A stretch of DNA of 62,432 bases from Methanobacteriota archaeon (lineage in GTDB: Archaea > Thermoplasmatota > E2 > DHVEG-1). Below the pieces are notes generated by a model. The model saw only the letters and a list, made by a program, of their open reading frames with translations. It ran no database searches and had not been told where the DNA came from. The translations under genes were made by a program, and so were the position numbers. Location: assembly GCA_963769885.1 (NCBI GenBank), contig CAVYNH010000003.1, positions 1-62,432 of the forward strand, written 5' to 3'. Each line of letters begins with the position of its first letter. Position 1 is the stretch's first letter. This document shows, in pieces, positions 52,158-61,255 of this stretch.

Positions 52158-54356
52158 CTATCCCAGGTAGTACTCTGGTGGGTACGGGTCTGGTTTGAGT
52201 CCCTTGCGCTCGCGGATTTTGTGGACGACGTCAGCCATGAGGTGTCGTGGGAGTGGAACGAATCCGCGGTTCTCGGTGTTCCACAGGACGCGGCCGCCGG
52301 TTGCGCTTCTGATGGCTGAGGCGAACCCGAACATCTCGGCGACGGGGGCGATGGCGTCGATGTTGACGAGGTCGCCTTCCGTGATCATGTCTTTGACCTC
52401 GGCGCGCCGGCTGTTGAGCTCGCGGCTGGCCTCGCCCATGAGCTCCTGCGGGGTGCTGATGAAGACCCGCTGGATTGGCTCGAGGAGGGTTGGGTCGGAG
52501 CTGACGATGGCGCCGTTGATCGCGTTGCGTGCCGCGGGGATGACCTGAGCGGGGCCACGGTGGATCGCGTCTTCGTGCAGTTTCGCGTCGGTGAGCTTGA
52601 CGAGGACGCCTTGGCAGGGTTCGTTGGTGATCGGGCCGCTGCGCATGACCTCGTCGAAGGCCTCCTTGATGAGGTCCCTGGTCTCGAAGAGGTACTGGAT
52701 CCCTTTGGTCGTGTCGGTGATCATGTTGAGGCCACGGATGCCGAAGACGCCTTTGGCGACGTCTTTTTCCATGCCGAGGTCCGTGAGGATCTTGACCGCC
52801 TCTTTCTTGAATTTCTTGACGTTATCCGGGATCTCGTTGTTGTAGAGGGCCTTGATGACTCCCTCGGGGAGAGGTTCGACGGTGACGTAGAAGCGGTTGT
52901 GCTTGTTGGGGGATTTTCCTTCGAACTCGTGTGGGGTTGGTTTGCTGACGCATTCTCGGTAGACCACGATGGGTTCGCTGCAGACGATGTCGAGCTTGTG
53001 GTCGTTGCGTATTCTGTATTCGGTGATCTCGAGGTGGAGTTCGCCCATGCCGCTCATGAGGTTCTCGCCGGTCTCTTGGTTGATCTGGACTTGGATGCTG
53101 GGGTCCGCCTTGGAAATCATACGGAGGACTTCAACAAGCCTGGGGAGGTCCTTGGTGTTCTTGGCTTCGACGGCGACGGTGACGACGGGCTCGGAGATAT
53201 GGACGATGCGTTCGAACGGCTCGACGTCAGGGCCGTCGACAATGGTGCAGCCGGCGATCGCGTCGCGGACGCCGGTGATCGCGGCGATGTTGCCTGCGCT
53301 GACCCACTCGACGGGGATACGGTCTGCGCCGACCATGACGTTGACCTGCTGGACCCGGTTCTTGTTGGGCATGCCGGCGACGTAGACTTCTTGGCCGCGG
53401 ACGATCTTGCCGCCGTACATGCGACCGACCGCGACTTCTCCGGCGTGCGGGTCCAGGATAATCTTTGTAATCATCAGTCCCAGTGGTCCATTCTCATCGC
53501 AGTTGACCATGGCTTTGCCGAGGTGGCTTTCCAGGTCGCCGTGCCAGATGTGTGGGATACGGTATTTCTGGGCGATATCCGGGGACGGCAGATGCGTGAT
53601 GACCATGTTGAGGATGACTTCGTGAATTGGGGATCTCTTCGCAAGGCTTTTTTGGTCGTTGTTCTTGCAGCACTCGTAGATGTCCTTGAAGCTGAGGCCG
53701 GATTGTTTCATGTACGGTGCGGAAATCGCCCAGTTGTTGAAGGCGGAGCCGAAGGCGACGGAGCCGTCTTCTACTTTGACGCTCCATTTGTCTTTGAATT
53801 CCTCGGGCATGAAGCGGGCGAGCAGTTCGTTGACTTTGGCGATGATCTTGACGAACCGCTCTTGCATCTCTTCCGGGGAGAGTCGCAGTTCGTTGATCAG
53901 GCGGTCGACTTTGTTGATGAAGAGGATGGGTTTGACCTTTTCTCGGAGCGCCTGGCGGATGACGGTCTCGGTCTGGGGCATGGCTCCTTCGACCGCGCAG
54001 ACGAGGATGATGCAGCCGTCGACGGCGCGCATGGCTCTGGTGACGTCGCCGCCGAAGTCAACGTGACCCGGGGTGTCGATGAGGTTGATGAGGTACAGCT
54101 TGTCCTTGTAGGTGTGGACCATGGAGGCTGATGCGGCGTTGATGGTGATGCCGCGGGCCTGCTCCTGCTCGTCGTAGTCGAGGACGAGCTGTTTGCCGGC
54201 GAGCTCTTCGCTCATCATGCCGCAGCCCGCGATGAGGTTATCTGAGAACGTGGTTTTCCCATGGTCGATGTGGGCTGCGATGCCGATGTTTCGGATGTAA
54301 GGCAGCTTGTTCATGAGGTCTTTGGCTTTGGCGATGTTGTCTTCTTTTCGTCCCAT
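52158..54356 (-). CDS. fusA: Translation elongation factor aEF-2
   Basis: AHIDHGKT, RGITI, DTPGH, NKVD; diphthamide loop HEDAIHRG. Confidence 0.98.
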   Translation of the reverse strand: MGRKEDNIAKAKDLMNKLPYIRNIGIAAHIDHGKTTFSDNLIAGCGMMSEELAGKQLVLDYDEQEQARGITINAASASMVHTYKDKLYLINLIDTPGHVDFGGDVTRAMRAVDGCIILVCAVEGAMPQTETVIRQALREKVKPILFINKVDRLINELRLSPEEMQERFVKIIAKVNELLARFMPEEFKDKWSVKVEDGSVAFGSAFNNWAISAPYMKQSGLSFKDIYECCKNNDQKSLAKRSPIHEVILNMVITHLPSPDIAQKYRIPHIWHGDLESHLGKAMVNCDENGPLGLMITKIILDPHAGEVAVGRMYGGKIVRGQEVYVAGMPNKNRVQQVNVMVGADRIPVEWVSAGNIAAITGVRDAIAGCTIVDGPDVEPFERIVHISEPVVTVAVEAKNTKDLPRLVEVLRMISKADPSIQVQINQETGENLMSGMGELHLEITEYRIRNDHKLDIVCSEPIVVYRECVSKPTPHEFEGKSPNKHNRFYVTVEPLPEGVIKALYNNEIPDNVKKFKKEAVKILTDLGMEKDVAKGVFGIRGLNMITDTTKGIQYLFETRDLIKEAFDEVMRSGPITNEPCQGVLVKLTDAKLHEDAIHRGPAQVIPAARNAINGAIVSSDPTLLEPIQRVFISTPQELMGEASRELNSRRAEVKDMITEGDLVNIDAIAPVAEMFGFASAIRSATGGRVLWNTENRGFVPLPRHLMADVVHKIRERKGLKPDPYPPEYYLG

Positions 54357-54458
54357 AGGGATGTACACTCCAATATGAGAAACTTATGTTTTTCTTGTTT
54401 TTTGGGGAGTTAGGTGTGAACTAGGGTGTAGGATTAAGATGAGTGTGCTGGGGTATAT

Positions 54459-55049
54459 TTACCGTGCGGCCTTGGCGATACGTTCGACGTCGTTTTTCTT
54501 GGCGATGCTGAAGCTGGCGGGGTCGTTCTTCGCCGCTTTCATGAGTTCGTCGGCGAGACAGGCTTCAATGCGTTTGCGGTTCTTGTGGCTGGCGTTCATG
54601 CTGCCGGTGCAGATGTTGCGGATGGCGATGTCGAGCCTGCGCATGGGGGCGACGTCGACGGCCTTGGGGACCATGATGCCGCCGAACCGCAGTCTGGTGG
54701 TCTCTTCCTTGGGGGCGGCGTTCTGGATGGCGTCGATGAGGACTTGCAGGGGGTTGGTCTTGGCGCGCTTGTCGATGATGTCGAAGGCGTCACGGACGAC
54801 CCGGTAGGCTTTGGTCTTCTGGCCGGTGTAGACCTCGGTCTTCATGAGGTTGTTGATGAGCCGCTCGATGATGGGGGTGCTTGCCTTGCCGAAGTTCTTG
54901 TTGGCGTAGGGGGCGCCGAGGAAGAAGTCCTTGTATTCGAGGTTGATGTAGCGCTGCAGGCCGCGGTCTTCGATCTTCAGCTGGCTCATGTCGTATTTGG
55001 CGAGCATGGGGAAGAAGCTGCTGGCGACGGCTGTGGTGGTGTCTGCCAT
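54459..55049 (-). CDS. rps7: 30S ribosomal protein S7
   Basis: NPLQVLIDAIQNAAP, VDVAPMRR, ERIAKAAR. Confidence 0.97.
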   Translation of the reverse strand: MADTTTAVASSFFPMLAKYDMSQLKIEDRGLQRYINLEYKDFFLGAPYANKNFGKASTPIIERLINNLMKTEVYTGQKTKAYRVVRDAFDIIDKRAKTNPLQVLIDAIQNAAPKEETTRLRFGGIMVPKAVDVAPMRRLDIAIRNICTGSMNASHKNRKRIEACLADELMKAAKNDPASFSIAKKNDVERIAKAAR

Positions 55050-55053
55050 GGTG

Positions 55054-55485
55054 TTACCGCCTCATGGGTTTCTCGACCTTTCCTTTGACGAGTTGGTCGA
55101 GGCTGACGTCGTTGACTTTGATGACTTTGAAGCGGACGCCGGGGATGTCGCCGTAGGATCGGCCCATGCGGCCGCCGATGCCTTCGACGACGACTTCGTC
55201 GTGTTCGTCGATGAAGCCGATGGCGTGGTTGCCGGGGGCGAAGGCGGTGATTTGCCGTCCGTTTTTGATGAGTTGGATCTTGACGCATTTGCGGATGGCG
55301 GAGTTGGGCTGTTTGGCTTCGACGCCGACTTTTTCGATGACGATGCCTTTGGCTTGGGGCACGCCCCCGAGGGGGTCTGCCTTCTCCTTGAGGTGGAGGA
55401 CGCGGCGTTTGTAGTACCGGTCACTCCAGCGGAGATGTTTGCGGGTTTTCTTGATTTTGCGTGCGGCGTTGAGTCCTTTGCCCAT
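55054..55485 (-). CDS. rps12: 30S ribosomal protein S12
   Basis: [22 protein letters not shown]. Confidence 0.98.
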   Translation of the reverse strand: MGKGLNAARKIKKTRKHLRWSDRYYKRRVLHLKEKADPLGGVPQAKGIVIEKVGVEAKQPNSAIRKCVKIQLIKNGRQITAFAPGNHAIGFIDEHDEVVVEGIGGRMGRSYGDIPGVRFKVIKVNDVSLDQLVKGKVEKPMRR

Positions 55486-55830
55486 TCGGTCACCTTTATC
55501 GTGTGTACTCTGAGTTAGTGAGTGGTTGAGGGTAGGCAGAATACCGTTTTACTATTTAAAGCTATTTCGTGGGTTCCTCCTAGAGACGGTCGTGTGAGTC
55601 TGGCGTGGATATTGACGGTACGGTGGTCCTAAGGTTTGCGGGGGAGTTTCAATACATCGAGCAAATTTTTTTATCTCTATCAATAAATATTTAAACGGAA
55701 TAGGATTATGAGGAGGAAGTCTGGAATTCGGGAGGTACACCATTCGATGCAAATGGCGAATCAACAAGTGGCGACAAAGAGAAGAATCTTAATTAACACC
55801 TTCTTATATAACTACTATAGGCGATATATA

Positions 55831-56058
55831 ATGAGCTCGACAACGACCATCCAACTCGAGAAAAGCGTCGTAGAGGCATTGAAAAAAATCCGGGACCATC
55901 CCCGCCAAACCTACAACGAGCTCATCTCGAATATGATCTCGATTTACACCGCGTTCAAGAAGCGCAACCAGTACGACGAGTTCCTCCATAAAATCCAGCA
56001 GCAGAAGATGCGAGAACTCTGGGAGAACAAGGAAGATGAAGCCTGGAACGACGCCTAA
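55831..56058 (+). CDS. Putative RHH-type antitoxin
   Basis: TTIQL beta-strand plus helices; acidic WENKEDEAW tail overlapping the toxin start. Confidence 0.75.
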   Translation: MSSTTTIQLEKSVVEALKKIRDHPRQTYNELISNMISIYTAFKKRNQYDEFLHKIQQQKMRELWENKEDEAWNDA

Positions 56059-56365
56059 ACCCGGCGACGTCATCTTAGCAAACGTGCAGTTCACCGACAC
56101 GTTTGAAATCAAACGGCGGCCCGCCGTCGTCCTCTTCGAGGAGTTTGATAACGTGGTCGTCGCTGGCATCACCAGCAATCGCCGCATGGACGGCATCCCT
56201 CTCCTGAAAAAAGAGGGCGCCATCAAGGACAGCGTCATCAAAGTCAACTATCTCTTCACGATCTCAACCAATCTGATTGAACGCACATTATTTCAGCTTT
56301 CTCCAGAGAAAAAACGTGTCCTGTTTGATGCGTTACTCAAGCGGCTGCAGGGGCTTCTGCCGTAG
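56036..56365 (+). CDS. PemK/MazF-family toxin
   Basis: GDVILANVQFTD...KRRPAVV...GITS. Confidence 0.88.
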   Translation: MKPGTTPKPGDVILANVQFTDTFEIKRRPAVVLFEEFDNVVVAGITSNRRMDGIPLLKKEGAIKDSVIKVNYLFTISTNLIERTLFQLSPEKKRVLFDALLKRLQGLLP

Positions 56366-57718
56366 CTTTCTGGACAGGATGGGTCCACTGTCGTACAGTA
56401 TTCAGGATTTGCTCGACCGCGAGCGTCGGAGCGTTGTTCTCCTGCATCCGGGTCCTTAGACGCTTGGCATTCTCTAGGTACGTGTCGTAGTCTTTAAAGA
56501 TGGTCTCCAGTGCCTTGAGGAGTTTCTTGCTGGTGAAAAACCGCTTGGACAGCTGGATGCCGACGCCGTTGCGCATCAGGTTGTCCAGGTTCCACTGCTG
56601 CTCTGCGTGCAGCGGGATGCCGACGACGGGGCGGCCGGAGAGCGCCGCGGTGTAGACTGCGCCACGCCCACCCGTGATGATCGAGACGTCCGCCTGCTCC
56701 TGCAACTGCTGGATGGAGGGGAAGAACTTCCGCAGCAGCACGGTGGGCCGCGCCGGGGGCAGCTCCTCCTCCGTCACCAGGTTCTTGTAGGAGGCTAGGA
56801 TCTTGTACCCAGTATTCTGCAGCGAGGTGACAACATCAAGGAACATGTTCTTGTTGCGGAAGGTGCCGAGGGCGACGAGGACGGTGCGCCCGGGGGCGTC
56901 GAGGAGCGCCTGCACCTCAGCGTCTACCGCTTCGCCCTTGACTATGGTCGAGTCCTCGGGGATGATCGGACCGACGAAGTGCTCATGAGGCGTTAGAGTG
57001 TCTGAGGATAGGCCAACGAATTCCAGGTTGTCGAGCACGATGGTCTCGTCGCCGCAGAACAGGTCGAGGAATCGATGGACCGGCGGGGTATGGTACTTCT
57101 TCGCCAGCTCGTTGCATGCCTTGACCCCCCATTTGCAGTGCAGGATGTACTGGTTGGTGAGCAGGTTCTTGAGCCGGCGGGGGACGAGCCTTGTCAGGCT
57201 GTTCTCGTAGCCGTCGGGGAACGTCGCCTTGTTGGCCTTGAAGAAGGAGGGGGTGGCGACGCCGGAGAGGACCATGATGAGGGGAAGTTTGACGACGCGC
57301 GCGGAGATCAGGGGTGTAAGGGAGAAGCTGGCGACGACGGCCTTGATGCCCTCGCGCTGGAAAATCTCGATTTCCTGCTGGATGCGCTCCTCGCCGTCGA
57401 AGATGCTGCGGAACAGGGAGGGGTAGATCTTCTCCAGGGTCGAGTCTTTTTCATAGGTACTTGACCAAGCGCTCTCGATACTCCTCCGTGGCTTTCCTGG
57501 GCGGGGGCCGGGGGAGTTCGATGATGCGGAAGCCGAGCTCGCGGGCGTACCGGTTCGTACTCGTCGGGGTAGCCGATGAAGACTGCCTCGCCGCCCATTT
57601 CCCGGTACTTGCGGGCGAGGGCGATGAGGGGGTAGGTCTCCCCGTAGTTTTTGAAGCAAGGAAGGAAGGCGATTTTGGGAAGCCTGGCATCCTCCCAAGC
57701 TGCCTTGACGCAGCTCAT
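56337..57718 (-). CDS. GT-B glycosyltransferase (GT1/GT28-like) with two apparent +1 frameshifts (~57552, ~57456)
   Basis: LVALGT, ITGGRG, PVVGIPLHAEQQWN; three overlapping frames join by deleting two single bases. Confidence 0.8.
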
Positions 57719-57974
57719 TCTCTATCCTTCACTGAAGCTATCCGCCTCCTTATTAATTAACCTATTCGACGATGAATCAGCCATTGTTAGAGAAGAACAA
57801 CACCTCCTCCCTCAAGCCACACCGCTGGCTTTGAGACAACCCCTTCTATAGCGGGCTCCTGGAGGACTTTTGAGACGACCGCTGTGAATACTTTCGCCGA
57901 CCCCCCACGCAGGCATTTAAACTCCGTCCCATGCTGTTTCATCACTCAATTCTCCGGGGAGGCAAAACCACACT

Positions 57975-58712
57975 ATGAACGAGCATCCGACCCCATCGCA
58001 CGGCCCGCCGCGGCCACACGCCGTCACCACCACCCAGCCCCTCGACCTCATCATCCAGTCCGGCATCCCCGAACTCGACGCCCTCCACGGCGGCTTCCAC
58101 GCCGCCACCATCACCCTTATCGACGGCAACAGCAGCCTCATCAGCGACCTCCCCAACCAGCTCTGCGCCCAGACCTACCAGACCTTCCACGCCCCCAGCC
58201 TCTACATCGACGGCGGCATGGCCGCCAACCCCTACCGCATCGCCCACCACGCCAAAACCCTGCACCTCGACCCCAGCGACGTCCTCACCTCCGTCAGCAT
58301 CGCCCGCGCCTTCACCCTCCACCAGCTCACCAGCCTCATCCACGACCTCCTCGAGCCCACCATCCAGCAGCACCAGCCCCGCACCCTCATCATCGGCCGC
58401 TTCCCCAGCCTCTACCTCGACCCCGACGTCCCCAGCGATGAGGCGACCACGCTGCTCACCACCACTCTGGAGGTCCTCCAACGGCTCACCAGCCAGTACC
58501 GCCTCATCACCGTCCTGACCAACAAGGACCGCACCGTCCTGCCCAGCCAGCGCGGCCTCCGAGACATCCTCTACCGCACCGCCACCGACGTCATCCGGAT
58601 CAAGGACATGGACGACTGCACCTACCTCGACAGCCTCAACCGCGGCAGGACCACGACCATCATCCACGCCGCCAGCGGGCAGCTGCACCTTGACGCCTTC
58701 ACCGGAGGCTAA
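57975..58712 (+). CDS. RadA/RecA-fold protein lacking Walker A (PolB2-associated)
   Basis: SGIPELDALHGGF, LYIDGG, ARAFTLHQL; no GKT. Confidence 0.8.
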   Translation: MNEHPTPSHGPPRPHAVTTTQPLDLIIQSGIPELDALHGGFHAATITLIDGNSSLISDLPNQLCAQTYQTFHAPSLYIDGGMAANPYRIAHHAKTLHLDPSDVLTSVSIARAFTLHQLTSLIHDLLEPTIQQHQPRTLIIGRFPSLYLDPDVPSDEATTLLTTTLEVLQRLTSQYRLITVLTNKDRTVLPSQRGLRDILYRTATDVIRIKDMDDCTYLDSLNRGRTTTIIHAASGQLHLDAFTGG

Positions 58713-58717
58713 CAAGC

Positions 58718-58972
58718 ATGGGCCGCACCGTCCCCACCTTCCGCGCCGTGATCGAGTCCTTTGGCTGGGAATGGCACGACTTCAAACGCGCGCTGCGCGA
58801 CGTCGACCAGGAGGCCTTCGAGGAGCTCCTCAACCACGCCCGCCGCCACGCCGCCGCCGGCACCAACACCACCAACCCCAACCCCTTCGAGCCCATCGTC
58901 CTCTCCATCCTCATCGAACACGAAAAACTCCTCCGTGAGCTCCGAGACCATGCTGCGAGGAAACGTCCTTGA
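58718..58972 (+). CDS. Small helical protein of the PolB2 operon
   Basis: MGRTVPTFR...WHDFKRALR..DQEAFEEL; overlaps the polymerase start. Confidence 0.82.
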   Translation: MGRTVPTFRAVIESFGWEWHDFKRALRDVDQEAFEELLNHARRHAAAGTNTTNPNPFEPIVLSILIEHEKLLRELRDHAARKRP

Positions 58973-61214
58973 CGTCCACCCTGACTACCACCGCAACCTC
59001 ATGGTCACCTGGCTTTCCGACCATGGCAGGGCCGTCCGTATCGAAGACCCCTACGAGCCCCGCTTCCTCGTCGCCGCCCCCCGCACCGACCTCTACCAGA
59101 TCGCCGCCCGGCTTCACGACAACCCCCACGTCAAAACCCTGGACTTCACCGACGCCCGACTCGCCCTGGGCTCCACCGACCGCACCCCGGTCCTCGCGGT
59201 GACCCCCCGGACCCTGCAGTCCTTCCACGGCCTCGCCAGCCTCGTCGACTCCTGGGGCAAGTACCACCGCTACCGCCTCTTCGACATCGACCTCCGATTC
59301 CCCACCCGGTACCTCGAAGACCACCGGATCTTCAGCAACGCACAGGTCGCCTGGGACGGCAAACACTTCCAGACCACCGACGACCCCTGGGCCATCGACT
59401 ACCCCGCCCCCGGCTACACCAGCACCACCCTGGAGATCACCCCGGACCAGACCTCAACAATCCCCTCCTACGCCGCCCCCATCCGCAGCATCCGAATCGG
59501 CGACGACACCATCCACGAGCCCACCGAGGCCGACACCATCCAGTCCGCCGCCCGCGGCCTCCACGGCCTCGACCCCGACATCCTCTACACCAAAGGCGGC
59601 GACACCTTCTGGTTCTCCTACCTCTCTCACCGCAGCCAAGCAAACGGCATCAGCATCCACCTCGGCCGCGACCACTGGGAAAAAACCGGCGACGTCCGCC
59701 CCAGCAAACCCGGCAAATCCTACCTCAGCTACGGCCAGATCCTGTACCGCCCCGCCTTCTACACCCTCCACGGCCGCATCCACATCGACACCGCCTCCTC
59801 CTTCTTCTACGGGGAAGCCAGCCTCCACGGCATGATCGACGTCTCCCGCACCAGCAACATCCCCCTCCAGCTCGTCAGCCGCCTCGGCCCCGGCACCGCC
59901 ATCAGCCAAATCCAGATCAACACCGCCCGCCGCCTCGGCTACCACATCCCCTGGAAAAAAAACCGCCCCGAAGACTGGAAGACCGCGCTGGACCTCCTCA
60001 ACACCGACCGCGGCGGCCTCATGCTCGAACCACACGTCGGCCTCCACACCAACGTCTGGGAACTCGACTACGCCAGCCTCTACCCCAACATCATGCTCCT
60101 CCACAACATCAGCCCCGAAACTCTCCTCTGCAGCTGTTGCCCCGACTCCCCCCACCGCGTCCCCCAACTCGGCTACCACATCTGCCACCAAAAAGAAGGC
60201 CTCATCCCCACCATCCTCCGACCCATCCTCCACAGAAGATTCTGCTACAAAGCACGCAGCAGACACCCCGGCTACGACCACGACCGCTACACCCAACTCC
60301 AAAAAGCCTGGAAATGGGTCCTCCTCGTCAGCTTCGGCTACACCGGCTACCGCAACGCCAGATTCGGCCGCATCGAATGCCACGAAAGCATCACCGCCTA
60401 CAGCCGCGACGCCCTCCTCACCGCCAAAGAAACCGCAGAACACGCCGGCTACACCGTCCTCCACGGCATCGTCGACAGCCTCTGGATCACCCCCACCCAC
60501 CCCACCATGACCATCCCCACCCTCGCCCACACCATCAGCGACCGCACCGGCATCCGCATGGCCATCGACGGCCGCTTCCGCTGGATCGTCTTCCTCCCCT
60601 GCGCCAACCTCCCCATCGGCGCCCTCACCCACTACTACGGCGTCTTCGACACCGGCGACCTCAAAGTCCGCGGCGTGGAACTCCGCCAACGCGACACCCC
60701 ACCCTTCCTCAGAACCGTCCAACACGACATCATCACCACCCTCGCCGCCGCCACCACCCCCAAAGACTTCCACGCCCGACTCCCCGCCGCCATCCGCATC
60801 CTCCACGACGCCGCCACCCGGCTCCACCACGGCACCGTCCCCACCTTAGACCTCATCGTCACCAGCCGCGTCACCATGACCCCCGACCAATACCGCACCA
60901 ACACCCTCGTCAAAGCCGCCCTCCTCCAACTCCAAGACCTCGACATCACCGTCGAACCCGGACAGACCATCCGCTACCTCGTCACCCACGAAACCGCCCG
61001 GTCACATCAGGACCGCGTCCGCGTCATCGAAGCCCTCACCCCCACCGACCACCCCGACCCCCACTACTACCTCCGCCAGCTCGCCACCTGCGGCGAAAGC
61101 CTCCTCAGCCCCTTCGGCTACACCACCGAAACCCTCCTCGACATCCTCACCCGCCCCGCCCCCGCCCCAGAACCGCCCATAAAACACCACGAGCACCCCT
61201 TATCTATAGATTAA
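58950..61214 (+). CDS. polB2: Family B DNA polymerase, PolB2/Dpo2 group
   Basis: DYASLYP motif A; KWVLLVSFGY motif B; HGIVDS in place of YGDTDS; degenerate exonuclease. Confidence 0.88.
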   Translation: MLRGNVLDVHPDYHRNLMVTWLSDHGRAVRIEDPYEPRFLVAAPRTDLYQIAARLHDNPHVKTLDFTDARLALGSTDRTPVLAVTPRTLQSFHGLASLVDSWGKYHRYRLFDIDLRFPTRYLEDHRIFSNAQVAWDGKHFQTTDDPWAIDYPAPGYTSTTLEITPDQTSTIPSYAAPIRSIRIGDDTIHEPTEADTIQSAARGLHGLDPDILYTKGGDTFWFSYLSHRSQANGISIHLGRDHWEKTGDVRPSKPGKSYLSYGQILYRPAFYTLHGRIHIDTASSFFYGEASLHGMIDVSRTSNIPLQLVSRLGPGTAISQIQINTARRLGYHIPWKKNRPEDWKTALDLLNTDRGGLMLEPHVGLHTNVWELDYASLYPNIMLLHNISPETLLCSCCPDSPHRVPQLGYHICHQKEGLIPTILRPILHRRFCYKARSRHPGYDHDRYTQLQKAWKWVLLVSFGYTGYRNARFGRIECHESITAYSRDALLTAKETAEHAGYTVLHGIVDSLWITPTHPTMTIPTLAHTISDRTGIRMAIDGRFRWIVFLPCANLPIGALTHYYGVFDTGDLKVRGVELRQRDTPPFLRTVQHDIITTLAAATTPKDFHARLPAAIRILHDAATRLHHGTVPTLDLIVTSRVTMTPDQYRTNTLVKAALLQLQDLDITVEPGQTIRYLVTHETARSHQDRVRVIEALTPTDHPDPHYYLRQLATCGESLLSPFGYTTETLLDILTRPAPAPEPPIKHHEHPLSID

Positions 61215-61255
61215 TATAGCCGACCCTGAATTAACCTCAAATAAGGGGAAACTCC

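Noticed and set aside
11203-57718. Calling the seven split genes pseudogenes or programmed frameshifts
   Set aside because: Single indels with intact flanks, no consistent slippery sequence, the essential DP2 is affected and sites cluster at GTAC; sequencing artefact is more likely.
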